64,000 nt of DNA from Squalus acanthias. Its lineage: Eukaryota. Each line of letters starts with the position of its first letter. Position 1 is the first letter of the stretch. Below the pieces are notes generated by a model that saw only the letters and a program-made list of their open reading frames with translations, searched no databases and was not told the origin of the DNA. The position numbers were made by a program, and so were the translations under genes. Positions 12,413 through 23,626 of this stretch are shown piece after piece. The stretch is taken from contig CM059431.1 of assembly GCA_030390025.1 (NCBI GenBank), positions 131,938,001-132,002,000 of the forward strand, in the 5' to 3' direction.

Positions 12413-13184
12413 TATGCCCTTTGCAGTAATATACTTGTCTTAACTTGGTGCCCTTTCTCACTCTTGAAACTTTTTCTGCATCTCCTTCCAGCTCTTCACA
12501 GGAGTCAACCCGAATTCACAAGTACTATAAGATATTGTCACACTCCTTGACTCTGGTTCATGCTTGGAAGCTATCTTGCCTGGCCAAAAAAAATCACTGT
12601 TTCTCCATTAACAATCCTCAAAACCTTCCATTTCTGTTATTTATGTACCAGTTGAGTGTTTCATTAGCCTTTTGGGGAATGTGAAGAGAGCATTGGGCAT
12701 TTAACCACTTATTTCAAAATAAAGAAAATATGTCCCTGGATGAATTCTAATAGGGCTAAGAAGAAAGTAGATATGTTTGTAAATTCAATGTTTATATAAA
12801 TCATATATATAATGAATAGAATAATCAATTATTAAAAGGGTATTTATACAATCCCGGAGCCAGATTGGTGGGGAGTAACCACCAATGTATGCTGACAGGT
12901 GCTATTCGCATTCATGCTATTGGGATATTAAGAAACAATTTCTGAGCTGTTTCCAGCAGGAAGCCTCACCCGCTGGCCATGCATATCAAGAAACTGCAGG
13001 CGTTCCAACCACGATTTTCTGATCAGGTGATTTCCTAATATGCGCAGCCGGTGAATAAGGCTCTTTGCCAGTAGCTTAAATTTGGAAAATTACTCCCATT
13101 GTCTCTGTATTATTGACTTTTCAGAAAGGCTGAGTTGTTTGATCAGCCAAGAACTGCCTGGTCAAAAACTCTTGCCATATTAGC

Positions 13185-13560
13185 CATCACAGAATCTATA
13201 GCACAAAAACAGGCCATTCGGCCCAATTGGTCTACGCTAGTGTTTGTACTCCACATGAACCTCCTCTCACTCCAATTACCTTTTCCCACCCTGCCCCTGT
13301 TTCCTCTATTCACCTCCCTCATGCATGTAACAAGCATCCTCTTAAATACAGCAATGCTGTTTGCTTCAACCACTACATGCAGCAATGGCTTTCACATTCT
13401 CACCACTCTCTGGGCAAAGAAATTTCTCCCAAATTCTTTAATTGATCTGTTAGTGGCTATCTTATATTTATGCCCCCTTGTTCTGGACTCACTAACGAGT
13501 GGAAACCATTTCTACACATCCTGCCTTTCAAGCTCCTTCATAATTTTAAAGACTTTAATC
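13185..13560 (-). mobile_element. CR1 3' fragment, degenerate
   Basis: Homologous to 44260-44640; ORF 13143-13385 VVEANSIAVFKRML. Confidence 0.8.
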
Positions 13561-13562
13561 AG

Positions 13563-15190
13563 CTCAGTAGCATAGTGGTTATGTTACTGGACTAGTAATC
13601 CAGTGGCCTAGACTAATGATCCGGAGATGAGAGTTCAAATCCCACCACGGCAGCAGGGGAATTTAAATTCCGTTAATTAAATAAATCTGGAATAAAAAGC
13701 TCGTATCAGTAATGGTGACCATGAAACTGCCGGATTGTCGTAAAAATCCATCTGGTTCACTAATGTCCTTTAGGGAAGGAAATCTGCTCTCCTTACCTAT
13801 GTGACTCCAGACCCACAGCAATGAAGTTGACTCTTAACTGCCCTCTGAAATGGCCTAGCAAGCCATTCAGTTGTACGAAAAACAATATGAGAATTAAATT
13901 ATGAGAATTAGACCACCCGGCATCAACCTAGGCACCGGCTTCAGACCCGACAAAGGCACACCCAGCCCAGTCGACCCAGCAAAGTCCTCTGGGGATTTGT
14001 GCTAAAATTCAGAGAGCTGTCCCACAGACTAGTCAAGCAACAACCTGATATAGTCATACTCATAGAATCATACCTTTCAGCCAACGTCCCAGACCCCTCC
14101 ATCACCATCCAATCAGGATAGACCAAGCAGAGGTGGTGGCACAGTGGTATATAGTCAGGAGGGAGTTGGCCCTGGAAGTTTTCAATATTGACTCACCAAG
14201 GCTTCTTCGGCAGCACCTCCCAAACCCGCGACCTATTCCACCTAGAAGGACAAGGGCAGCAGACGCCTGGGAACACAAGCTCCCCTCCAAGTCACACACC
14301 ATCCTGACTTGGAAGTATATCGCCGTTCCTTCATTGTCGCTGGGTCAAAATCCTGGAACTCCCTCCCTAACAGCACTGTGGGAGTACCTTCACCACACGG
14401 ACTGCGGCGGTTCAAGGCGGCTCACCACCACTTTCTCAAGGGCAATTAGGGATGGGCAATAAATGCTGGCCTTGCCAGTGACGCCCACATCCCAGGAACG
14501 AATAAAAAAAAAATCCCCAGACCCCATGAAGTCTCATGGCTTCAGGTCAATCATGGGCAAGGAAACCTCCATGTTGAACACCACTTGGAAGAAGCACTGA
14601 GGGTAGCAATGACACAGAAAGTACTCTGGGTGGGGAACTTCAATGTCCATTACCAAGAGTGGTTCGGTAGCACCACTACTTACTGAGCTGGCCGAGTCCT
14701 GAAAGACATAGTTGCCAGACTAGGACTGCGGCAGGTGGCGAGAGAACCAACGCGAGGGGGGAAAAAACCGACTTGACTTCATCCTCACCAATCTAGATGA
14801 TGGTGTTGTTGCAGTGACCACCGCACAGTCCTTGTCGAGACGAAATCCTGTGTTCACACTGAGGACACCCTCCCATCTTGTTGTGTAGCACTACCACCGT
14901 GCTAAATGGGATAGATGCAGAACAGATCTAGCAGCTCAAAACTGCACATCCATGAGACACTGTGGGCCATCAGCAGCAGCCTGACTTGGAAATATATCGC
15001 CGTTCCTTTATTGTCGCTGGGTCAAAATCTTGGAATTCCCTATCTGTGGCACTCCCTTCCTAACAGCACCACACTGACTGCAACAGTTCAAGAACACGGC
15101 TCACCACCACCTTCTCAGCAGCAATTAGGGATGGGCAATAAATGCTGGCCTTGCCAGTGATGCCAACATCCCATGATCTAATAAAAAAAA
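13563..15190 (+). mobile_element. LINE family B copy with tRNA-derived 5' head, internal deletion and a nested same-family 3' fragment (~14195-14512)
   Basis: A box TAGCATAGTGG (13568-13578) and B box GTTCAAATCC (13633-13642). The endonuclease start at ~13990 matches 6205 onward. Jump from the endonuclease region to the 3' UTR at ~14980; poly(A)-like end ~15181-15190. Confidence 0.8.
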
Positions 15191-15363
15191 TTTAAAGGGC
15201 GCACACCCAAACTGTCACCACCTGTCTTTTCTCTTTATAGGTACTGACTACATCTATTTTGACTATATGTATATTTTGAGCATTTTCTGACTTATTTCAG
15301 GTTTCTTGCATTTGCAGTTTATCCTTTTCATTTTATTGTACTCATTTTGCTGTTATTAGGAGT

Positions 15364-15581
15364 TTAAAGCTTTTTGGAGTACTTTTCTACATTTTGATTG
15401 TGGAGTTTCTTTTTCTTTAGGGAGCCATTTTTCCCATTTTGTTTTGTTCTCATGTTCCTCCATTTCCCACCATTCCAGTTGCTGTCAACGACAGGTTTAC
15501 TTGCAGCAGCTACATCTATGAGAGTATAAATTCCTTTGGATGCGGTTTTAATTGTACCAATGGGAATGCCCCTGTGTGATG
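15364..15581 (-). CDS. Candidate terminal coding exon of an unidentified host gene (weak)
   Basis: Acceptor ttttattcttttccAG, then 2 nt and 71 open codons (SHRGIPIGTIKTASKGIYTLIDV..KKKKLHNQNVEKYSKKL*), with AATAAA ~27 nt after the stop. No homolog recognised. Confidence 0.25.
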
Positions 15582-15944
15582 CTGGAAAAGAATAAAATTT
15601 GGTTGATAATGCCTAATGTAATGCAAGAATGGTAGTTCACTTATTCCCCATCTTCAACCAAAGCAGCACAGAGTCTTGTGTTAATGGAGTGATGAAGAAA
15701 TAAAACTGGACAGGCTTTAGATCATGCAACTAACAACAAAAAACAGTGGCTCACATCAAGTCATAAAATCTACAAGTGGAATCAAATCTTGTCCTTTAAA
15801 TGTGTGTGAAAAAAAATGAGGATCCCACTTATTAACCAAAATATGTGTTTTGCAGAGCTCCCATTTACCTGCCTGAACCCTGGCTCTCTGAGTGAGGTTG
15901 CTAAATTGGATACCATTTCTAGTTTTGCCAATTTTGTGCACACT

Positions 15945-16127
15945 GGGATGAATTTTCAACTTGCCTCGGTATAAAACTGGATCGGTGCATTGGCCGCCCA
16001 TTGTAGAAAGTGCCCAATCTTTACTTCCATTTGAAATCAGTGGAAATGAAAATCAGGAGGTAGCTATAATGGGTGGCTGACCCACAACGCCAGTTTAATG
16101 CCCAGGCGGCAAATTGAAAATGTATTC
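15945..16127. mobile_element. Short fold-back (palindromic) MITE
   Basis: Imperfect palindrome over its whole length (attttcaacttgcc..ggcaaattgaaaat); related copy at 17853-18016. Confidence 0.6.
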
Positions 16128-16732
16128 TATGGTGTCATTTAAGAGCATTAATAGTAGGCAGATACAGGGTACGTATTGTATAATGAGCTTAATTTGAACA
16201 GATCAAAAATGGAAAATGGCAATTTTCTAATCCACTGTACCAACTAATATCCACATCTGCCAGAGGTGGGCACATCTAATTTTGTTGGAGCCAATTCCTG
16301 AAGCTCTGCAACCAAATTCTATTTTTAAACTATTTAACAAGCCTGCCTTCACTTGTGGATTGATCATGCCACATGTCCATCTTTAACAATAAATATATTT
16401 CCATAAAAAGTGCATAGTTTATGCAAGTTACATCAGATGATCTGGGGTATATTATCTAGTTCATCAAGCCTCATGCTTTAAAATTGTGCTGACATACAAC
16501 AATTACTACACTTCAAAAATAAGTCCTTGGATGTGAAGTGCTTTCGGAGATCCTGAGAATATGATAAAGGACTATATAAAAATAGAAAGAACTTACATTT
16601 ATGTAGTGCCTTTCACATTCTCTGGAGTCCCAAAGCTTTAAAGTGCAATCACTCTTGTAATGTAGCGAAACGCGAGAGCTAATTTGTGCCCAGTGAGGTC
16701 CCACAAACAGCAATGAGATAAATGACCAGAAA

Positions 16733-17155
16733 AATATAGAGTTCAACAATTTCAGATCATAACCCCAGCCCCTATCACATATATATATATATATTTTTTT
16801 TCATCCACCCTTTTGTTTGGCCTTTTTTCTTCCCTCCCAGAAGCTGGCAGCTGTCCTTCATTCTGCCAGCGCATTTCACACTTCATCTAGCCTCAACCTG
16901 TCACATTACCACCTCCTCTTGCCTTGAATATCTCTTAATCTCTCCTGCTTTCTATCCTACCACTGACCTTCCCTTTTGTTCTTTCATCCCCTCCCCCTTT
17001 TCCCAGCATTATACTTGCTTTAAATCTATTTCATTTCCTGCTTTTTTCCAGTTCTGATGAAAGGTCTTCGACCTGAAACGTTAACTCTGTTTCTCTCTCC
17101 ACGGATGCTGCCTGGCCTGCTGAGTTTTTCCAGCGTTTTCTGTTGTTATTTCAGA
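16733..17155 (+). mobile_element. Penelope-like retroelement 3' end / pseudo-LTR
   Basis: NIEFNNFRS* (16733-16762) resembles the C-terminus of a PLE GIY-YIG ORF. It is followed by a pyrimidine-rich UTR, a hammerhead motif and the tail ggatgctgcctggcctgctgag..atttcaga, also seen at 25505-25590 (-) and 35420-35525. Confidence 0.75.
17050..17086 (+). ncRNA. Minimal type I hammerhead ribozyme motif (PLE-associated)
   Basis: AGTT-CTGATGA-A-AGGTC-ttc-GACCT-GAAA-CG-TT-AACT: both core boxes, stem I AGTT/AACT, stem II AGGTC/GACCT and palindromic AACGTT stem III. Confidence 0.8.
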
Positions 17156-17199
17156 AAAATATGATGTTGATTGAAGAATAAATATTGGCCAGGACACCA

Positions 17200-17630
17200 G
17201 AAAGAAAGAAAGATTTGCATTTGTATGGCACCTTTCATAACCACCGGATGTCCCAAAGCGCTTTACAGCCAATGAAGTACTTTTGAAGTGTAGTCACTGT
17301 TGTAATGTAGGAAACGCGGCAGCCAATTTTGCGCAAAGCAAGCTCCCACAAACAGCAATGTGATATGACCAGATAATCTGTTTTTGTTATGTTGATTGAG
17401 GGATAAATATTGGCCAGGACACCGGGGATAACTCCCCTGCTCTTCTTCAAAATAGTGCCATGGGATCTTTTACATCCACCTGAGAGGGCAGACGAGACCT
17501 CGGTTTAACATCTCATCTGAAAGATGGCACCTCCGACAGTGCAGCACTCCCTCAGTACTGCACTGGAGTGTCAGCCTAGATTTTTGTGCTCAAGTCTCTG
17601 GAGTAGGACTTAAACCAACAACCTTCTGAC
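17200..17630 (-). mobile_element. DeuSINE-like SINE (SacSINE1-like), best-preserved copy, nested in an older copy (16520-16730, 17160-17200, 17650-17850)
   Basis: tRNA-like head (B-box-like gtttaagtcc on the minus strand), a conserved central domain repeated in several places, and a (TCTT)n tail. Confidence 0.7.
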
Positions 17631-17852
17631 CAGCAGAATGACACAGCTCTTTTCCAATAGTGCCTTGAGATCTTTTACATCCACCTGAGAGGGCAGACAG
17701 AGCCTCAGTTTAACACCTCCTCTGAGAGACAGCATCTCCAACTAAACTCTCACCCGAGATTATATGCTCAAAACTTCCTCAGTACAGTACTGAAGTGTTA
17801 ACCTAGATTATGTGCACAAGTCTCTTGAAAGGAGCTTGAACAATGAGCTTCT

Positions 17853-18016
17853 GGGAAACATTTTCAACTTGCTGCCTGGGTGTAAAACTGATGTTGTGGA
17901 TCAGCTGCTCGTTATAGAAGCCGTCCGATTTCCACTTCCATTGAATGACATTTCTGTAACGGGCAGCTGGTCTGCAATGGGAGTTTTATACCTGGGTAGC
18001 AAAGTTGAAAATCTAC
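17853..18016. mobile_element. Short fold-back MITE, same family as 15945-16127
   Basis: attttcaacttgctgcctgggtgtaaaact..agttttatacctgggtagcaaagttgaaaat; inserted in a SINE head. Confidence 0.6.
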
Positions 18017-19084
18017 TGAGAGAGAGTACTACCACTGAGGCAAGGCTGACGCTTGATGCCTAGTTTCTTTTTCTGCCGTTTGGATTGAATTTCCACCCAG
18101 TTGCATTCCTCCCCATCGGGTATTAAAGGGAAGCTGTTTAAAGTCCCAACTTGCAAGAGTAGAAGGAAATGATTTTTAATGTACTTTTTTGAAAAACATT
18201 CTATTGTTTAGCCAATGCTTGGTATGTTGATGCTTTTTTTTCTTAGCTAATGTTTAGTGTTTTTATTTTACAAATTTTTGTGTATAAATTTAATAATCAA
18301 TTTTGTTTGCAGCTGTTATGTGTGTGAATTAAATATTCTTTTTGGCTATACATCCTGCATTTTTCAGATCAACCCATAGTGGGAATGTTTATGTAATGAC
18401 AGATGGAGCAGAATGAGTGTCATCAATATCGCAGTGTTCGGAGCTAACCTGCTTAAATTTAAATATATTAAATGCATCAACCTCGGAAGAACCAGTGTAG
18501 TTGCCATTCAGGCAGGCATAAAACCTGCCACACCAGAGTCTTGCCACTTAATGGGCCTAGTTTAAAAAATACAGTATAATTTGTTGTAAATGATTAGTGC
18601 CATTCCTTTAGCTTTTCTCAATATTTCGTTAGGATACGGCAGTATGAATGTGTGGCAAAATAAGATTTGTGACTGGGTAATCTTGATGTCTGTGGATCCG
18701 AGTGGGTTTCTCTGATCACCAATGTTCCACCATTATAATTACATCCAATTATCTGGGTTTCTGAATCTGAATGATATTCACCTGATACCAATTTTTTAAT
18801 TCCCTGTTCATTAAATCAAATAGTTGCCACTTGACACCTAGCTGTCTCATCCTCCTTTTCACTTAGCCAAGAGAGATTTCTTAGTGTTAAGTAGCAACTA
18901 GCTAAACCTGAATCTTATTATCTTGCAGCACATGAGGGACTTAGAGGCTGATCATGTTAAATAGTTTAAAAACGGTCTCGCTATTAGAAATGAAAAGATT
19001 ATCACTTTTCTGAAAATGATATAGCTGCAAAGTTCCTGGAAAACTTCTTCTCTCCCATGCGCTTCTCAGCTGTTTAACGTGCTG

Positions 19085-20921
19085 GGCCTGGAGTTTCCGC
19101 ATGATTTCCACCCAGATAACAGCTTTCTCTGGGCGGAATTAAATCAACTAGCACTAAAGATCGCGGAATTTTAAGTGTATGTGAGTAACGTCCATAACCA
19201 CTTTACGCTAGAGTATCCACGAAGCACTTCCCACCCACAAAACTGGCTATGCCCTCAAGGTGAGTTTACACCGATTTCACTCATTCAGGGGTGTTAACCA
19301 CATCACATTGTGGCCAGATTCTCGGGCGCACAGGCACCCGTGGTCTCATGAATCCAGCGTGACCAGCAGTCAATTAAAGTGACTGACCCAGGTCTGTTTC
19401 TCCTGCTGCAGCAATTAGTTTAAATTCGTTTAAATTCAATCAATTGATCTTCCCTTGGTACCTAAGACCTGTGACCAACAATCAATTGAAGCCACAGGTG
19501 TGTCCTGCTGTGCTGCAGTAATTAGTTAATTGAAGACAGCAGTGACCAGCGTTCAATTGTACGACAGAGCACACTGCCCAGAATGGGATTTAAATCTCAT
19601 TGTATAAGCTTTAAAAGTTTGCAAGGCAGCACACTGCTCTGCTTGTGATTTAAATCAATTTGCACACTGCTCAGAGTGATTACAATCAATTAACTGTTAT
19701 AAGATTATCATGGATCAGTTGGTTTTTAGAATAGTTGTTTTGCTATCTTTATCATCAGTATTTTATAATCATCAGTAATGGATTTATAATTGTGTGTAAG
19801 AATTAAATGTAAAATGTCTGTAATTGTAAACTGTATGCAATGGGAACCTGAATTATATTAGAAATGTAACCTTTTGCCTATAATTAAAGTCTGTGAGGAA
19901 AACGTAACCCAGACAGCCTGGGGTGAGAGAGAGGACTGCTATAGTTGAATAGGGAAGCTGTGGGTGAATTAACCAAAGTTGGATATTAGCCAACAGTAAG
20001 GATGGGGCATAGAGTGTATGGGAACCAAGGTCAGTTGCAGTTGTAACCATGTTGGAATGTTATGAGAAGGAAAAAGGGAGGACTGGTGTCTGGCTGTAAG
20101 CCTAAACATGGGCCTCTCAGGACCATCAAGGACGCCATATCTTCAGTATGGAGACATGTTCTTTTGTGTTGCCATAACTGCCCCAGATAGCCATCATGGT
20201 GGTCATAAACAGATGAGACCAGGGGGACATAAGACCAGAACCTGAATAAGCAGAGGTGCTGTGTACATGGCATCTTCATGCTTGGATTTTGGGGAATTGG
20301 GTGTAAGCCAGTGATTGGTTCAGTAAGACTCCATAGGTTTTGAATGATAGGAAGGGGGTCCCGACAGCCACAAAGGGTAGAAGATTTCAGGAAGAATCCA
20401 GGGGACACCCGAGAGACAAGCAGAGACGAGAAGCACAGGGTGCAGCCTACTCCCCGTCGTGACTTCTACCCAGAGCATAACAGGGTAATATAAGTCTCAG
20501 TTATACTCTGTAAACTACTGCTCTAATACAGTAATGTATTAAGTCTTGCTTGTGCTGAATAAAGTTTAATCACAGTTACCAATACGGGTCAACTTCAAAC
20601 CTTACATTGTGTAAAAGCTGTAAAAAGTTAGCAGGACAAAGAACAGTGGCTATAATCTTCAGCTTCCCTCTGAAGGAGAACTTGTTTTCACTTGCCTTTT
20701 ATATTTCCCCACCCAGAACCTTGTGTCCCCATTGGTCCTGTTCCAATCACAAATTGATTTAAGTTTGATTGTGCTGATTCAATGGCGATTTTACGTTTGG
20801 GATTATACTAATAAGTTTACGCAGAAATTTCAGTTTAACTTCACCTCGGCAAACGTGGCACAGTGTCCAGCGCATTCTGGGCGCATTTTGCTGATCGCAC
20901 CCCTAGCGGAAACTCCAGGCC
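19085..20921. mobile_element. PIF/Harbinger-type non-autonomous element (~1.0 kb without the nested LTR)
   Basis: Perfect 16-bp TIR GGCCTGGAGTTTCCGC / GCGGAAACTCCAGGCC, TSD CTG (19082-19084, 20922-20924). Confidence 0.9.
19795..20606 (+). mobile_element. Solo LTR (812 bp)
   Basis: Ends TGTAAG...CTTACA, 5-bp TSD TTGTG (19790-19794, 20607-20611), AATAAA at 20558-20563. Confidence 0.9.
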
Positions 20922-21541
20922 CTGGTGAACAAAGTGCACTGTTTAATGTACAATAAACAACTGCTGTTTTTCCTGGGGTTGCATGTAGGGTTCCAGCTAA
21001 TATTTGCCATGGAGGTGGAGGTGGGGTGGTTGGGAGATTGGGAATAGAAGAGAACAGAAATTTTGATATATTCAGCATCTTAAGAAAACCTGCAAAATTG
21101 GGTCCAAGGATACAACTAGATTGAACTTTATTCTGCCACATTTCTCTGCCCCACAACACAGCACCACACAACACCAAAGAACAACTGACACATTGTACTG
21201 AATACACCCTGTCCTTCCGCATTCCTAAAAAATAACACAGGGAACTCAGAAAGAAGTATCAAAAGCTTGGTAGGTACTCAGTTTTTTAAATAAATGAAGG
21301 GCCACACGGAGAAACAAAATACAAAAGAATAGCATGGGGCTCAGCACCCCATGCCTCACCAAAAACTAAAAAAAACTCTCGCGACAGCCAAAGAAAAAAG
21401 TAGAAATACACACTACCAATAAAAAATTGGACTTGTAACTTGACCAGTCTTTGCAGTTATGTACAGGTGCTTACCTTGCAGATTCAGTACCTCTCAGTCT
21501 CTTGGGCCCATATTCCAGCGGGTAGATTTTATGAATTTGCG

Positions 21542-21830
21542 CTACTGTGTCCTGTCGAGCTGAGGCCTCCGTTCCACAGGAAAAATGACAAATGTGTTGC
21601 CCGATGTAAACAAGGCCTCCATCACTTGCTTAATGCATCTGTGGACAGCTGACAAATTTATTTGACCCACATTACCGGAGGTGGCTTGGAAAGATCTGGT
21701 GGCATAAAGATTTAATGCAGTAGTGACCTTCAAAACCATGGGAAGAGCTCTTTGTGGTGAAAGTTGCCCAGGAGATGGCATATGTGACAGCTGCTTTGTG
21801 AAGCAGAGGTACTAAAACAAGATCTCGCCT
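21542..21830 (-). pseudogene. Harbinger transposase relic, N-terminal part
   Basis: ORF 21542-21781 ALPMVLKVTTALNLYATRSFQATSGNVGQINLSAVHRCIKQVMEALF resembles the HARBI1-like AL.FYATGSFQ...GD..GISQS.V.R.I..VT.AL segment. Confidence 0.8.
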
Positions 21831-23412
21831 CAATGAATATCTCAACTGCTGCATTCTTAAAGCAATTAAAGTAATCTTAGGAAAAATGAATGATTATGGT
21901 CACAATCAGGTTAAGAGTATATGGGATAGAGTTCTGATGAAGTCACTTTTTGGATGCTTATGAACCTGTTGTACGTTCCCAGCATTTTTCCATTTTTATT
22001 TCAGGTTTTTATAATTTCTATTTATCTCTATGTAGAATAGCAGGTAGGTGGAAGGGAGCAGAGAATTCCAGATCATGTCGAAAAGACAAAAATAAGCTTG
22101 AGCTCTTTATGCACCTTTTCTGAATCCTTAGTTTATTTTATAGCCTTTAGTTCCATCCTAATTACCTGTATGTCTGTTTTAAATTATATTCAGACATTTT
22201 TGTTTCTATCTGGGCAAGTTGCAAATTGTGAGGTATTTAGAGCTGCCTCAGAATCCTTGTGGAGTCATATCAGAGCTTGGCTAAAATATGCACGTGTGAC
22301 TTAAGCGAAAGTACAGTATCAATTTACCTAGAGAACTGAATATCACAAAATTATATCTTTTCCATGACTTACCTTGTTATTCAAGAAAGATAACAAAAAC
22401 TTGCATTTATATAGTGCCCTTCATATCCTCAGGATGTCCCAAAGTGCTTTACAGACAATTAATTAAGCACAAGGGGAATTCTAACCCCAAAAAACGGGTG
22501 GGTTGGGGTCGGGTGAGAGGTTAAAGTGTTAAAGATCTGAATCCCAACCCCAATCCGCCCGCTGCCAGTTTTAACGGAGGCGGGACGGAGGGTGCGTGGG
22601 GGCAGGTGGCCAACCCACTCCCAGGAGGCGGGTTGCCCATTAAATATTATAATGAGGCTGGCGTGCCTCATGGTGATCCACCATTACAAATTTAACTCTG
22701 GCTGGTCGGGTTCACCAGGCCTCGGGGAACCTGACAGCTAATGGGAAGCGAGGACTGCTGGATCCAGGAGATAAGTGCCTTTGCACTTACCTGCTGGATC
22801 CAGCGTTCCTGCCTCACCAATCACCTGCGATTGGAACCCTGACCACCCCCCCCAAGCCTCCGATCTCCCCACGAGGCCTCCGATCCCCTCCCCCGAGGCC
22901 TCCGATCCCCCCCACGAGGCCTCCGATTTCCCAGCGGCCTCCCTTCCCTCACCCCCCACCCCCACCCCCCCCCGAGGCCTTCGATCTCCCCTTGACCTCC
23001 CCCCTGCGGCCTCTGATCCTCTCTCTGGCCCCGATTGCCTTCCTGGCCTCCCCCCTCCAGCCTCCCCCCTCCAGCCTCGATGCTCCTCCGGAGTCTGACA
23101 CCCCCCCCGCCCCCCCCCCCACACAATGCTCCTCCAGCTCTCAACCACCTGCTACCCCCAATGTTTCTTTGGCTCCCGAGTCCCAACCTCACCATCCTCC
23201 CCCCCACCCCCCACCCCAATGCACATCCGGCCCGCGATGCACCTCTGGCTCCCGACTGCTCTCCCCCACCCCCCCCCCCCGATGCCTGCCCCCCTCCTCT
23301 CTGAGGCCTAGTGCCGCAGGCCTATCCGCTTGCAGCCAGCCAGCCTCTCTATCTGGCTGGCTGCGGGTGGGAAACAGAGCCTTGAAATGTTAATGATCCC
23401 TGCTGTTAAATG

Positions 23413-23626
23413 CCATGATGCGGAGATGCCGGTGTTGGACTGGGGTGGACAAAAATGAGAAGTCGCACAACACCAGGTTATAGTCCAACAGTTTTATTTG
23501 AAATCACAAGCTTTCGGAGCTTACGTGGCCCTTCCTTCACCTGAGGAAGGGGCCACGTAAGCTCCGAAAGCTTGTGATTTCAAATAAAACTGTTGGACTA
23601 TAACCTGGTGTTGTGCGACTTCTCAT
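23413..23626. mobile_element. Young Penelope-like inverted pseudo-LTR insertion (fold-back)
   Basis: 12-bp TSD TGCTGTTAAATG (23401-23412, 23627-23638); perfect 77-bp inverted arms 23455-23531 / 23550-23626; AATAAA in the arm. Confidence 0.85.
23537..23577 (+). ncRNA. Minimal type I hammerhead ribozyme motif
   Basis: TCAC-CTGAGGA-A-GGGGC-cacgtaa-GCTCC-GAAA-GC-TT-GTGA: core boxes, stem I TCAC/GTGA, 5-bp stem II and palindromic AAGCTT stem III. Confidence 0.75.

Noticed and set aside
13563..13650. Functional tRNA-Thr gene
   Set aside because: Over-long variable region, no clear acceptor stem and no terminator; it continues into retroelement sequence.
18610..18810. ~65-codon open frame on the minus strand in non-repeat DNA
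   Set aside because: Weak splice signals and no recognisable protein.
22738..23393. Several overlapping Pro/Gly-rich ORFs
   Set aside because: Low-complexity C-rich MITE core.
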